64,000 bases of DNA from assembly GCA_013265495.1 (NCBI GenBank), contig MU058456.1, positions 496,001-560,000 of the forward strand, read 5' to 3'. Positions within the stretch are counted from its first letter, which is position 1, and each line of letters opens with the position of its first letter. Under the pieces are notes generated by a model, which saw only the letters and a list, made by a program, of their open reading frames with translations, was not told the origin of the DNA and made no database searches. The translations under genes were made by a program, and so were the position numbers. The stretch is from Vicugna vicugna (taxonomy: Eukaryota). Of this stretch, positions 24,279-36,360 are shown in pieces.

Positions 24279-24430
24279 TAAATTTTTTATTAAAAACTTT
24301 TGGAGGGAAAGGTAATTAATTTTATTTATTTATTTATTTATTTATTATCTTAATGGAGATACTGGGGATTGAACCCAGGCCCTCATGCATGCCAAGCACG
24401 TGCTCTACCACTGAGCTGTACCCTCCCCCC
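24279..24430 (-). mobile_element. Camelid tRNA-derived SINE (vic-1 type), full length
   Basis: Minus strand reads GGGGGAGGGTACAGCTCAGTGGTAGAGCACGTGCTTGGCATGCATGAGGGCCTGGGTTCAATCCCCAGTATCTCC then a (TAAA)n tail; pol III box A and box B present; degenerate TSD TAATGTGGTACCTT (24265-24278) / TAATTTGTACCTT (24431-24443). Confidence 0.9.
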
Positions 24431-25493
24431 TAATTTGTACCTTATACATGGAAAGCATTTATACAAAATTTAAAATATGAAAATATAGCCATCATATTGA
24501 AGCCTTAATTTAGGTAAACTCATTCATTTCAAGGAGTTTTGAATTGTTATTTGTAGGGCTGAACGTCAAGTGTGCAAATCATATTCTTTCTTTAAAAAAA
24601 ATTTTTTTTTTAGTGGATTGGGGGAATCTTAACATCAGTTGTCGACGTGAAATTGTTTGGTTTCAAACCTTTTTTGTTTTCTAGCAGTTTTTTGGTTTTT
24701 TTTTTAAGGACAAAGTTGATTTTAAAAAAAACCATGGATCCTAAATTCACTTGATGCTGTGTGTCATACTGGAAGATGATGATGGAGTTCTCCAGGTGTG
24801 TGCATGTGGCACAGAACTTTAGCTTGTGTTTATACTGCACAAGTAGCTGGACTGTCATGTCCAAATCTTATATCCATGAGAATTGTCAAACTTTTCCACG
24901 GTCGGGAGAAACTCTGGTTTGGTTTAGACATTAATGCAGCGTGACTCACTATCCACCTAAGGTCATAGAACTTCAGATTAGTGGTGGTGGTGGTGTTGTT
25001 TAAGCTCAGTGCACACTGGGTTCAGGTGCCTCTGCCTTGGAGCATCCCTGTGCCAAGTAGGCCAAAAAGGATGACCTATTTTCCAAGACTGCTCTACAAC
25101 ATCAGTATCACAGGGCACATTGTGTAGGGTGCCTGCAGCTTTGACATGCCCGCTCAAATAGGTATGAAGTAACCTTAGGAAGGTTCTGGCAATCACACCT
25201 CCTCAAGCACTGTCTGGAGCCAGTTTCCTTCATGGTTTCAGACCAAGTTGGGGCACACTGAGCCTTAATTGGCCAGGCTAATCTGCACAGTTGCCATTTT
25301 GCAGGGCTGAATTCTGCAGAGGTTGAACCTGCAGGGGTGACCAAGACCCTGTGCTATGTTGGAAGCGTAAGGATGCAAAGAGGCTGGCTCTTAACACCTT
25401 TTTCTGTTTCCCTGGACAAGAAAAGTCCCAGTCTTTCCACAGACTCTCAGAGGTGGGTAGTGAGTAGAATGGTATCTTTTCCAGTACTTCTGG

Positions 25494-25601
25494 CTTTTGT
25501 TTTTTGTTGTTGTTTCATTCTGCTGGGGGTGGGGACAGATAATTAAGTTTGTTTGTTTGTTTGTTTAAATGGAGGTACTGGGGATTGAACCTCGGACCTT
25601 G
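25494..25601 (-). mobile_element. 5'-truncated vic-1-type SINE with 13-bp TSD
   Basis: AAATGGAGGTACTGGGGATTGAACCTCGGACCTTG (box B only) with (TTTG)n tail; perfect TSD CCAGTACTTCTGG at 25481-25493 and 25602-25614. Confidence 0.9.
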
Positions 25602-26944
25602 CCAGTACTTCTGGAATGAGACAAAGAGGAAAGCATGATTGCTAAATTGAACAAGATTAGCATATGGAAAACGATTCCTGTTCAGTGATTTCAGGGGCTG
25701 AGATGTTCTGGACAGCTGGGGGAGGGGTGGGGAAGGACCTTTTACAGACCAAGACTGGCCACTAAGGCCAGGCAGCCCTTCCAGTATATGGGGACCAGGG
25801 GTGTACTCAAATGAAGAGGAGCATTTGGTAAAATTTGGTTGAAAAGCGTTACATGTAAATTTCTGCTCCTAACCTCTCCTCATCAGAACAGAACCACAAA
25901 AGGACTTCTTCCAGGCATTTCAGGCATTTTATTTCAGGCATTTTGTTCTATCCCTGGGGAAAAAAAATTTAAAGGAGGATCTGAGGGTCTCCTAGTAACA
26001 GTGTCTTAAGAGTCAGTAACTGCTCTGCTTAAACAGTTTCTCGTTTTGCAATTTAAGCTTTAGTGAAAATGAAAACAGTTGGTTACTTTGATCTTTATAA
26101 GAATTCTTCATATTCGTGAAGACCATTAATTGCTACTTAGTATTCTTTTCTTCAGGCTATCTGTCTGATCGCATGCTGCTTTGTCATTTTATCTTCAGTC
26201 TCCTCTGAAACAGCTGTGAGCTCTTGAAGAGAGACCAGGGCCAGCTTCAGTCTGTACTGTACCCCACGATCCCAAAGAGAGGGGAGGTGGGTCTCCTTTC
26301 AGGGCTCGCGTCTACCACGCCCCGGGTGATGACTCCGTGCTTTTAGATGGTCTGCCCTTCCCGGACACTGACTCTTCTCCTATTGACTTGCCCTTCACAG
26401 AGACATCTCTCTCCCTCTCTGTTTTCCCTCCTGAGAAACCTTAGCCCAGTATCTTACTGTTTGTCTGACCTATCTTGATCTTAAAAGCCAATGCTTCCAA
26501 ATAGTTGGGAATTCTAAGCCTGCCCTTTTTTAGTGTGTGCTGGTTACCTCTGGGTGTTGGTCTGTCCCTGAGGTTGATGAATAACATCTCCAGGGACTAG
26601 ATAACCTTAGCTCTGCATTTCTGATTAAACAGTTTACTTTTTATCCTAACAGTCATTAAAATGGACCATGCCTGGTGGTGTAGTCTGGTATACAGTACTA
26701 TCTGCGTGGAAAGCCCAAGAATTACAAGAGAGTAATAGAATCTCAAATTATGTTTTCTCCATACTACTGAGTAGTAACATAGATCTTTTGGGTTTTTGTT
26801 ATTTCACATGATTTGGCTACGCCTAGAATTGGCCCTCCCTGTTGGAAAACTTTAAGTGTATTGTAAGCGTGTGGCGTGGAAACATTTTGGAACAGTTAAG
26901 AGTCCTTGCAGTCGCATTAATCATTATAAGAAATAATTAATCTA

Positions 26945-27195
26945 TGTGGGGTGATGGATGGAACAGCTCTGATTTAGGGCAGTTCTCTTCCTGTTCCCCC
27001 ACTTACTGGGCCTGTGACCTTGGACAAGTCATTTAGCTTTTCAAGCCTCAGTTTCTTCATTTGTAAAATGAGAACCATGATACCGGCCTTGTCTACATGC
27101 CAGGATTGCTAATTTAAGGATTAAATAATAAAGGCATGTTTGGAGAATCCGGGCATATTTTGTCAGTATAATGTATTTAGTACTGCTATTTGATA
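26945..27195 (+). mobile_element. MIR SINE
   Basis: CCACTTACTGGGCCTGTGACCTTGGACAAGTCATTTAGCTTTTCAAGCCTCAGTTTCTTCATTTGTAAAATGAG. Confidence 0.85.
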
Positions 27196-27859
27196 AGTAT
27201 TTATAGGACTGGGATCTTGGAAGGAGATCAGTTTTTATGTTTCTCATATTGTTTCAGTGACCACATAACCTTTATTGAGGAATTGTGTATTCGTTTTCAT
27301 TCTTGGGTTAAAAGTATTTGCTGTAGTTTTCTTCTAGTCATTGCTTCCTAGCCATGATCTAAAGCTTCATATTGTCATTAGCTGTCCACCTTAAGAATTT
27401 TCTCCGATCTCCTTTTCTCCAAATACTAGAATGTTCCAAAAGACACCTTGTGGCTTCCTTCTCTGGACTGTGTTTACCTCACTCAAGTGGCTCGCTCCTG
27501 GTGAGCCTTCTTTGTGTGCTTGTGTGAGTCCTGAGAGAAGGGAACAGCTACAGAGCTTTTCATCTGACATTGTTGACAGTTTGAGGAGGCGAATTCTAAG
27601 AGAGCCAGAGCCATAGAGCTTCTGGTGAAGTTGTCTCTCCTTTAATAACCTTACTCCCGCAGTCCTAGGAGCGTGGATATGATCACTGATGATGGTGCCG
27701 ACGGCGCCTCTATGCAGGGTGACTGCTCTCTCCAGCATCCCGAGGCCTGTGGGACATCCTGAAGTCAAATATTGGCACCTGCTTTCAAGCTGGGTTGGTA
27801 AAGAAGAATTGGGCATTTTCAGTTCCACAAACTTGTGTGATTTCTTTTGAGTGCACTTA

Positions 27860-28040
27860 GCTAAGTGACTTAGGTAATATTGCCTCACTGAATTTTATTT
27901 TCTCCTCCAGGTAACTCATTTAGAATGACGGTAACTTAGTAGTTGAGGTTAGCAACTTGCCTAAGGTTCCAAAACCTGGTATGTAGTGGAACTGAAGTTG
28001 TGATTGCTGCTGAGCATTTGAACTGCATTGGTTTCCTCTT
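27860..28040. mobile_element. Degenerate MIR fragments
   Basis: AGCTAAGTGACTTAGGTAA (sense) followed by GAGGTTAGCAACTTGCCTAAGGTT (antisense). Confidence 0.5.
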
Positions 28041-28481
28041 CCCGCTAATTGTATACTCTAAGACATTTTGAATAAATAAGATAAATTTTCTTGGGAAAAC
28101 TAGGGCATTTCAGATTGCTTTGCTGGAGAATTCTTTAAGAAATTGTTGCTTTTTGTACTGTTGCTTCTGATGGCTTGATTTCAAATTAGTGTTTTTTTCC
28201 AAGTGTCTTAACTCCCCTAGGATTCTTGCCAAAACCAAAGAAATATATCATATTAAGGCCATTTTTAAGTGCAGAAAGTAAATTGAGTAAAATATTTTTC
28301 AGAGCCGGTGGGTTACAATAAATAAAAAGAAAAGGCTACATAGGAAATAATCTTGATAATAGACATCCAGTTGTTTATAGTAATGGTTGTTTACGTCCAA
28401 GATTGAGGCTGTAATTGAGGCTTTATTAATAATGTACAGTTAGTGGTACCCAATTTTATTTTGACTTAGATCGAGGAAAGA

Positions 28482-28527
28482 GTGTGTGTGTGCGTGTGTG
28501 TGTGTGTGTGTATGTGTCTGTGTGTGT
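28482..28527. repeat. (TG)n microsatellite, interrupted
   Basis: Directly visible GT dinucleotide run with three interruptions. Confidence 0.95.
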
Positions 28528-30227
28528 AATTGAAGGAGTCCAAGGATGTATATAGAATATCCCTGGTGAAAGTCTTAGCTATTTTTGTGTAGCCTGGAAA
28601 GATACTGAATGTTACAGTACACCCTTATATGTTATATAAAAGATGATTCTCTCCTCCTGTTGAGAAGTCAATTCCATGGTAAGAAAAACTTCGTCAAGAG
28701 TTAAAAGAAAATTCATCCTTAATTCTCAGTTAGCTGTGATTGGACCAGCAATGTGGGCACACTTCTTTCTCTCCTTGCTTCTTCACATCCTCTTTCTCCC
28801 TATGTAAACTTTTCTGTGCTTATATTCGTACTTTAAGTCCACCTCTTTTGATGGCTCTTGCTTGGCCTTAATTGAGGGCTGTCCTGAATCGCAGAGTCTA
28901 GACCCAGCGGGCGGAGCAGCTCCTGCTCACCTTCCATCCCTGGCAGGTGTTCCTTCTATGTTACAGGCAGTAGCTGTTCACCACCAGAACACTCTAGTGG
29001 GTCTTTTACTGCCTGCTTCCAGGGAGTGGACTTATTAAATCATTTTGCTAGAGATTCTAATAATTAATCAACTCATTTGTGTTTCATTCTTCATCTTTTG
29101 ATTCCTCAATCATTCTGCAGTAAGTTTCCCGGTGTGCTTTGAAATAGGTCATGGTAGCTGTCAGGCAGGTAAGAAGAAAAGAGAAAGGGGTGTGGTTAGA
29201 CAGTCTTGTATAAAATTGAGTACTGAAAATATTTAGCCTGCATGAGTGCAAAAATATATTTTTTGATGGTAAAGTTTAACTGTATTGTTTTCCATTGGAT
29301 TAAAAAGCTCCCAAATGAACTAGCCACAATAGTGCAAAAGTTACAAGATTTCACAAGATTTTTTTCTAGGGACTAGTAGGTCTCTCGCTCCGTTTAACAT
29401 GTTCTTGGCACTGAAATTTTAAAGTCCTCTGTTGCGGAGTTAGCAGCGAGGCCCCCCCGGGACCTTCTTAATAATGTTTATTCTGTGCTTTGCCTTGCTT
29501 GCAGCAGTCTTTAAAGATCAGTATTGTAATCCTATCAAGTATGAAAGTTTTTACAATGTTGATGCCTGTAATATAATTTTACAATTGTAACACACTTGAA
29601 AACAATCCAAGATTAAAATATTTTAAAGTAAGTGAATGTTTTACAGGGAAACGAAAGCCATAAAATAAAGACTTTATTATTCACTTTCACATTCTTTTAG
29701 TAAGTGAAGCCCTTTCAGGAAAACCCTGACTTGGAAATGAAATCTCTGAACCACCAAATGGGTGTTTTGTTTTCACTCCTCCACAAGAACATGGAAGAAA
29801 TTCACTGGCCACAGTCACTAACAATATGAGCAAAATGTGATTTGAAATCACATATTTTAAATGCCCACTGTTGTAAAACCCAGTGCTGGATGCTCTCAAA
29901 TCCCCTAGATACAGCCTCAGCTCTCCAGGAGCTTTCGGTTGAGATGAGGCCAGAGCACATTTAGAGACAGCACAGCAGCCCATGGGTGTGAAACTGACAA
30001 GAGAAACAGACTAGCAAGTACAGTGGAGAGTGGGTGGCCTTCACCAGGGTGGTGATGGTTACCGAAAAGCTTCAAACAAGGGAAGGCTTACACAGGTAGG
30101 GGTAGAGTATTATAGGTGAGGAAGATGGTATGTGCACATACTTGGGGAGGAAATCAAACTCTTACAGTTGGCTAGAGTGGAGGCTTTATAGAGATGTGGT
30201 CAAGTTCAAATGGCATTTCTCCTACCT

Positions 30228-30412
30228 GCTGTTTGTTTTCAACGTGGACCAGGCATCAGAATCATCAGGGAGATCACTGAAAGGATAAGTTGCCCAGGGC
30301 CCATCCCAGACTTCTTGAGTTAGAATTTTTTTGGTGTGGAGCCCCAAGCTTGATTGTTTTTAAACAGTCCCCCAGGTGATGGTGAGGTGTGGATCTGAGA
30401 CCCATGCCATAG
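30228..30412. mobile_element. MER5A MITE
   Basis: GGCATCAGAATCATCAGGGAG...GGGCCCATCCCAGACTTCTTGAGTTAGAAT...TTTTAAACAGTCCCCCAGGTGAT. Confidence 0.75.
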
Positions 30413-30831
30413 GTAAGAGGAACCAGTGAAGGTGAGCCCAAAGCCCACCCCCTGGCTGGTTTCCAGCAGCCGTGGTCCCTCTCCCTTACCTGGTGTATGT
30501 CAGAGCTTGGAAGCAGGGAAGGTGTTCTCGCTGCTGCTATTGCCACTTCCGAGCTACTGTTCCTTCTTCTTAGAAAATCTGCCTTCTCTGAAGCACGTGT
30601 CATCAGGCTTTGGCCTCTTCCTAATCTCACTCACTCATTCATTAACATCAGTATTGCCTTGTTTCTTGTTTTCTCCCTTTCCCTTAATCCTCCTGTTGTT
30701 CTCAGAAACATTAGCCTCCATACTACGGTCAAGTCAGCATTCAGGCCTCTCAGCTCCTTGGCTTCCTCAGTCCAGCAGACCCTTCTTCCTCTGAGTTCAG
30801 CCACACACATATTCATGGCCACGCCCGGGGC

Positions 30832-31750
30832 TAATGGTTCCCAAACTCCTTGGGGTCCACCGGACCGTCTCAATGGTCTGTAAGGTCACAGTTGTTTTCT
30901 TAATTATACTGAGACATAATATTTACTGTGTTGATGTTTGCACTGATGGGCAAAAGCAATGGTGACTGAAACTTCTAGCACCTGAGCACCAAATGGTATG
31001 AGTGGTTTTTTTCCTTCACTCTCACTTGCAGTAAATAATGCCAGTTGCACTTAAGAAATGTTCTTGATGGAGCAGTAAAATATTATTAATTTTATTATAT
31101 CTCACCCCTTGAGAGCACTTCTTTTTAATATTCCATGTGGTGAAATAGGAAGTATGCACAAAGCACCTCTGCAGAATGAAATACAATGGTTGTCTCAAGG
31201 AAAAGCGCTGGTGTGATTGTTTGAATTGTGAGCTGAACTAGCCAGTTTTTCTCCATGGAACACTATTTTTTGCTTAAAAGCATGACTAGCGGAAAAACTA
31301 TGGTTATCAGACTTGGTTATTTGACAGACATTTTCTTGAAAGAAGTCATCCTGCCATTTCAGGAAAATAACTGATTGTACTGGTTACCAATGATGAATAT
31401 AAGCCTTCAAGTGAAAATCAGAATTTTGGAAAACTTCTATCTACTACCCTGAGCTTGAAAGCTTCCCAGATACTTTAAAGACCTTCCTGATGTGTCAGTT
31501 TTTGGAAGATCTGTATCATATAAGGAATGAGTATTTTCCAAATGACCGATAGACAATTTAACAAAATTTTGCATGGATGAAAGGTCCATCCATTCAAAGT
31601 GCAGGACAGACCAATGGGTACAATGTTACAGAGTCTAAACTATTCATTGATACGGTTTCAAATTCCTACTGCACCTAACCTTTAGAAAACGAGCACTTGG
31701 TGAGGTTTAGTGTAATATTGAAGAATAACATCCATAATTACCTGGAAGGC
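30832..31750 (+). mobile_element. hAT-Charlie1 (Charlie1a-like) DNA transposon relic
   Basis: Charlie1 left part (TTTGCACTGATGGGCAAAAGCAATGGTG) and decayed transposase including GAAATACAATGGTTGTCTCAAGGAAAAGCG (EIQWLSQGKA, compare the hAT/Buster EVRWLSRGK motif). Confidence 0.85.
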
Positions 31751-31789
31751 TTGGCGAGCCCTCGGTCCTCTCATGGCCTGGCTTCCCTT

Positions 31790-33175
31790 CTAACTCAGAG
31801 AATGTAGCCTGGGCTCCAGCAAACCCCTTGCCCCTCTGTCTCCCTTTCTAATGAACTTGCCTTAACACAGCTCTGACTTGGTAAAATCCAAGTATCTTCC
31901 CTCTCAGCACCAGCAGCTGAGTATTCAGGAGACAATCACACAGCCAAGGTCCCTGGCTGACCTCAGCTCTGCTGGTCCTCTCACTGCCGTTCCCATTCCC
32001 TGAGATGCCACATCACCTGCCCTTCTCTCTCCCCTTCCCTTCTACTCTCCACTGCATTGTCCATCCCACCCCACCCACCCCTCTTCTTTCTGCTGGGACC
32101 CTGTAGAGTCTTGGTTTTTCTTCTCTGTTTTACAAGGACCTTCTCCTTTGCTCCATCTACAGGGGTTGGAATAGTTTGGGGCTTTGTCCCTGGCTCTCTT
32201 CTCTGTGTAGACATTTCCTTTAAGCGATGGCACTAATCCCTTGACTATAAACACCTGTAAGATGGTGTTTCCTGTCCTGATCTCTCCCATGAGCTCCAGA
32301 CTCATTGTCCAACCATCTGCCTGGCTTGTCTACTTGGATACCTAAGGGGCATCTTAATAAGCACAAGGGAGAGTTCTTGGTTTCTCATGTCAAAAATTGG
32401 CGCCACCATGTACCTTCAGCCTCCCAAATTGTGATTTTTCACATCCACCACCCAAGCTGTGCACATTCTGTGGTCTCTACCTTTCAACCAGCCCCTTCTC
32501 ACCAGCTCCACTGCCACAACCCTCGTCCATGACACCGCCTTTCTCACTTGGACTGCTGCACATTACCAGTGTCCCTGCTTCCCTTCTTCCTTCCTGTGGT
32601 CCATCCCCCATTCATTAGCTTGTATCTTGTTTTAAAGCATAAACTTGTTTAAAGCATAAGTCATATCACTCCTCTGCTTAAAATCTGTTGATGATATCTC
32701 AGTGCAGTTGGGATAAAAAACCCAATTTCTTTTTGCAAACTCCAGGCAGCCCAATGTGATCCAGCCCCTCTCTCCCACTCTACCCTGCCCAACCTGTCCC
32801 AGTGAGGTCTCCCCAGGCACATTGGTCCTTCTTCCCTCATTAATACCGAGGTATCATCTCAGAGTCTTTGAATTTACCGTCACTTCTCCCTTAAGTGCTG
32901 TCTGCCTCAGATGTTGTGGTTTAATTCTCAGTCAAATACTGACTTCCTCAGGAAGCTATCCTGACTGCCCTAGCTGAAGCAGGACATCCCCCAGCACCCA
33001 ACGCCCTGGCATTCTTGAGTGTGTTTTCCTAACTTAGTGTCCTCATAGAACCCACGTCCTCTGAGATACAGCTACTTTTGTTGCTGTCCATCTTGCTTTA
33101 TTTGAGCAGAAGTTCTGAAGGCACTTAGTCTCAGTCACCACTGCATCAGTAGTGCTTGTCTCATAGTGAGAGTGC
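31790..33175 (+). mobile_element. LINE-2 (ORF2 end to 3' end, with deletions)
   Basis: Pyrimidine-rich L2 body: ATGAGCTCCAGACTC, TCTACTTGGATACCTAAGGGGCATCTTAA, TCATATCACTCCTCTGCTTAAAATC, TTCCTCAGGAAGCTATCCTGAC; 3' end TCACCACTGCATC...GTGCTTGTCTCATAG. Confidence 0.8.
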
Positions 33176-33224
33176 CTGTAGTGGTGACTGAGACAAGCAC
33201 TACTGATGGAGTGGTGACTGAGAC
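33128..33224. repeat. 36-bp inverted repeat (35/36 match) with 25-nt spacer
   Basis: Arm 1 33128-33163 GTCTCAGTCACCACTGCATCAGTAGTGCTTGTCTCA; arm 2 33189-33224 TGAGACAAGCACTACTGATGGAGTGGTGACTGAGAC. Confidence 0.95.
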
Positions 33225-34934
33225 ACATATTTCTGTATGAAGAAGTCAACAGCCATGCAGCTGTGATGGGGAAACTGGAACATGATGGCTGATGCATGGA
33301 TGCTGCTGTGGTAATTTTTAGTGTTACCTGTAGCCTGGGTTCTTCTTATACTTGTTGGCCTTACAGCTGTTACCCTCCCTTCTTTCTGAGTAGCACTGGA
33401 GTGTTAGGACTTAAGTGGAAACTGATACTTTTCTGTTTGCTTTGTTGGGAGCAGAGAGAATATGAAAGTCTGAACAGCAGAATCACATTACCTTTGCATT
33501 TCTTAGCACCAAGATATTGTATAGAAATTTGTCTGTTGCTCTTTCATGATGGGAAATTCTGCTAGTTTATCTCCCTCCAGTCTAACCCCACACTCATTTT
33601 TGTTGTTTTTTAGTGTTCAAGTTGTCTTTAATCTTGGTAAACTCCTCTAAGCCTTAGATAGTGATATGACATGCATTAATCTCTTGTGTTAATCTCGTTA
33701 GAATTTGTTAAAATTGGGTAGCCCATCAGAATTTTTAAAGCCAAGAAGTCACAAAGAAGTAGGAAAAAAAAGGCTTACTGGAAGGCGTGGTCAGTAGTTA
33801 AAGATGTTTGTTTTCTTCTTAAATTTCTCAGTGTAGTTCTTGTGTAGACCATTTGGCAATTTAGATCATTTAGAAGTGTGCTTTCTAGTTGATTTGTCTC
33901 AGATTAAAGATTCTTCTGCATGAAGCTGTCTTCTCCAGGTGGCCTTTTGCCTCTGAATATTTGTCTGTTGTGATGTGAAGCAAAGCTTTGAGCAAGCGCT
34001 TTCCCTGAATAGAAGTGAGGCTATGGGAAAAAAATTATACACACACACGTTCATATAATACATACATCTGTATCACTGTATAGAATTTCTGGATAACAAG
34101 TTCAAATATTTTAATTTCTAAAGCAGATGGTTAATTTATGGCCTTTTAGGTCTTTAAGTATTAACATACTGAGAAGTAGAACTTGAGAATGATTTAAGAC
34201 TGCTTGACGAATATATTTTTAATCTTTTGTGTTGCATTGTAAATGCTATTTATGTTACTATTTATAATGTACATTTATATTTGTTTATGAATGGCTAATC
34301 ATGAATATTAGTAATTATTAAAAGAACTATTGGTTATTATTACTAATGACTAACATTATTCTTTGAAGTCACTATTAGTGCATATTTTAAACATATTTCA
34401 ACAATTGATGGTTAATGTACGTTTGGATTCTAGTGACTAAAACTTGGCTATTTCTGCATAGGTTTGCTATGGATGCAGTGAGTCTCATGACCTTTGAGAT
34501 AAGTTATACAACTTGATTTCCTCTAGATTTATCTTAAATACTTTTTGAGAGATTATGGCACCAATGCCTGATATCTTGTGGTACTTGCCTGTGTTCTCTT
34601 TTCCAGTGTTTTGCCTCTGTTCCATTTTATAATTAGTGAGGGACGTCACTATCTTTCCTTACAGAGGTCTGTACCTCTTAGATCTAATCTTCTGTTTCAT
34701 GTAATGTTTTCCTGCATCTGTATCTCATGTGAGGTAAATCACTGTGTCTTTACCTCTCCAATTTCTCGTGGTACCTTAGACCTTGATTTTCGGATCTGGC
34801 ACCATTGAGATTCTCAAGGGCTTAAGGCCACTGCTCTTTGAATTTAGATGTTTCTTCAGCTGGCGCTGCATATCAAAGACAATTTTTTCAAAAGAGCTTG
34901 GTTTTCAATAAAAACAATATATAAATAATAGGAA

Positions 34935-35125
34935 AGGAAGTGGATGTGAAATGGAAGGACTGAAGTCAAGTCCTGATGCTGGAATTTCACAGCCTTGAGC
35001 AAATCACTTAACCTTTCATAACCTTTCTGTTCACTCTTTTACCAAATGGAAATGGTGATCATACCCACCTCACAGTGTTGTTGTTCCAAGAAAAAAAAGT
35101 GAAAATGACCTATAAATACTAGTTT
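34935..35125 (+). mobile_element. MIR (MIRc-like)
   Basis: CCTTGAGCAAATCACTTAACCTTTC...CATACCCACCTCACAGTGTTGTTG. Confidence 0.7.
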
Positions 35126-35229
35126 TCACCTCTCTGAGGACTCTACTGTACTAAAAATATGGACTTTTCAAGTTAAAAACTTTTAAAAAAATTAAATTCA
35201 CATGCAGTTCAAAATATATCAGACTATTG

Positions 35230-35325
35230 TATTCACTTTTATTTTTACTCATTTTTATTTTTTATTCACTTTTATTTTTATCTCCATTCACTTTTATATG
35301 CATTTTTTAGTTTTATGTATTTTTT
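35230..35325. repeat. T-rich low-complexity tract with repeated ATTCACTTTTAT
   Basis: Three copies of ATTCACTTTTAT embedded in TTTTTA repeats. Confidence 0.75.
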
Positions 35326-35606
35326 TCTATCACTGAAAAATAGTTCTTACCTAGAAGTTTTTGAAGGATGACTGTTTTTGCCCAGTTAATGGGGGTCCTG
35401 AATGAGTACCACCCCCAGGAGCAGTCTGAATTTTAATGATTGAAAAGTCCTTAATGTTGATTTTTCTCCTTGACCCTTTCCTCCTTTCTTCCATAAGGGA
35501 TGGGAGCATCTGGCTGCTAAGAATCTATACCCACCCTTATGTGAAGCACAGCATCTTCATCCCAAGTGGATTCTCACCGTTCTGACATAGGGCTCACTCT
35601 TTTTCT

Positions 35607-36360
35607 AATTCACTCACTACCATCAAGAATTTATTAAGAACCATCTATGGGTCAGGCTCTGTTCCAGGCTCTAGAGATAGTCTTGCCTCTCATGGAGCTG
35701 ACATTCAGGTATAGGGAATGTTGGGAAGGGCAACTCACAGATAATTACATATGTTCAGGTGGTGAAAATGCTGAGATAAACATGGTAGAAGGGGCAGGGA
35801 GCACAGTGTTGGGGTATGTGAGGGGTGGTGTGTTAGATAAGTTGGTCAGGGAAGGCCTTTCAGGTAGGATGACATTTGTGTGGAGGGCAGAATGGATTGA
35901 ACATCCCAGCTTTTAGCCCTCCAGGCAGAAAAACAGCAAATGCAAAGGCCCTGTGGTGGGAAAGTGCTTGATATGGATGAAGAAAAAGAAGTTAGTGTGG
36001 AGGGAGGGACAGCATGGTAGGAAAGGAAATCAAAGAGGTATCAGGGCCAGAATGAGGTATAGCTTTGAGGCTACTGCCAGTTTGGGGGCTTTCATACTGA
36101 GTAGAGGGGAAGCAACTGGAGGGTTTTGTTCAGAGGGGTGGCATGAGACAACTTAGATTTTGGAGGATCTCGCCAGCTGGTGTGTTGAGAACAGATAACA
36201 GGGAAGAAGGATGGAAGCAGGGAGATGGGTGAAGAGGCTGTTACGACAGCTGAGAAGGAAGAAAACCATGGCTTCAACCAAGAAGTGGTGACATGTGACC
36301 AGAATCTGGACATTCATGGAGGGTAGATCTGCCAGAAATCATGGTGTATTGGATGCACAG
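35607..36360 (-). mobile_element. LINE-2 (L2a-like) 3' end
   Basis: ATTCACTCACT...ATTTATTAAGAACCATCTATGGGTCAGGCTCTGTTCCAGGC...CTCATGGAGCTGACATTC...CAGCAAATGCAAAGGCCCTG. Confidence 0.85.

Noticed and set aside
24355..24430. tRNA-Ala-like sequence on the minus strand
   Set aside because: It is the head of a vic-1 SINE (AT-rich tail, TSD, second copy at 25494), not a tRNA gene
24610..25344. Cluster of minus-strand ORFs suggesting a processed pseudogene
   Set aside because: No protein family recognised, and no polyA tail or TSD bounding it
26156..26215. Acceptor TTCTTTTCTTCAG with downstream GTGAG
   Set aside because: The donor is weak and resembles the L2 3' motif CTGTGAGCTC; no recognisable peptide
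27391..27888. 165-aa minus-strand ORF
   Set aside because: Starts in MIR-derived sequence, no homology recognised, antisense to the inferred host
27890..27916. Recursive-splice-like TTTTCTCCTCCAG|GTAACT
   Set aside because: Falls in decayed MIR core sequence and the regenerated donor is weak
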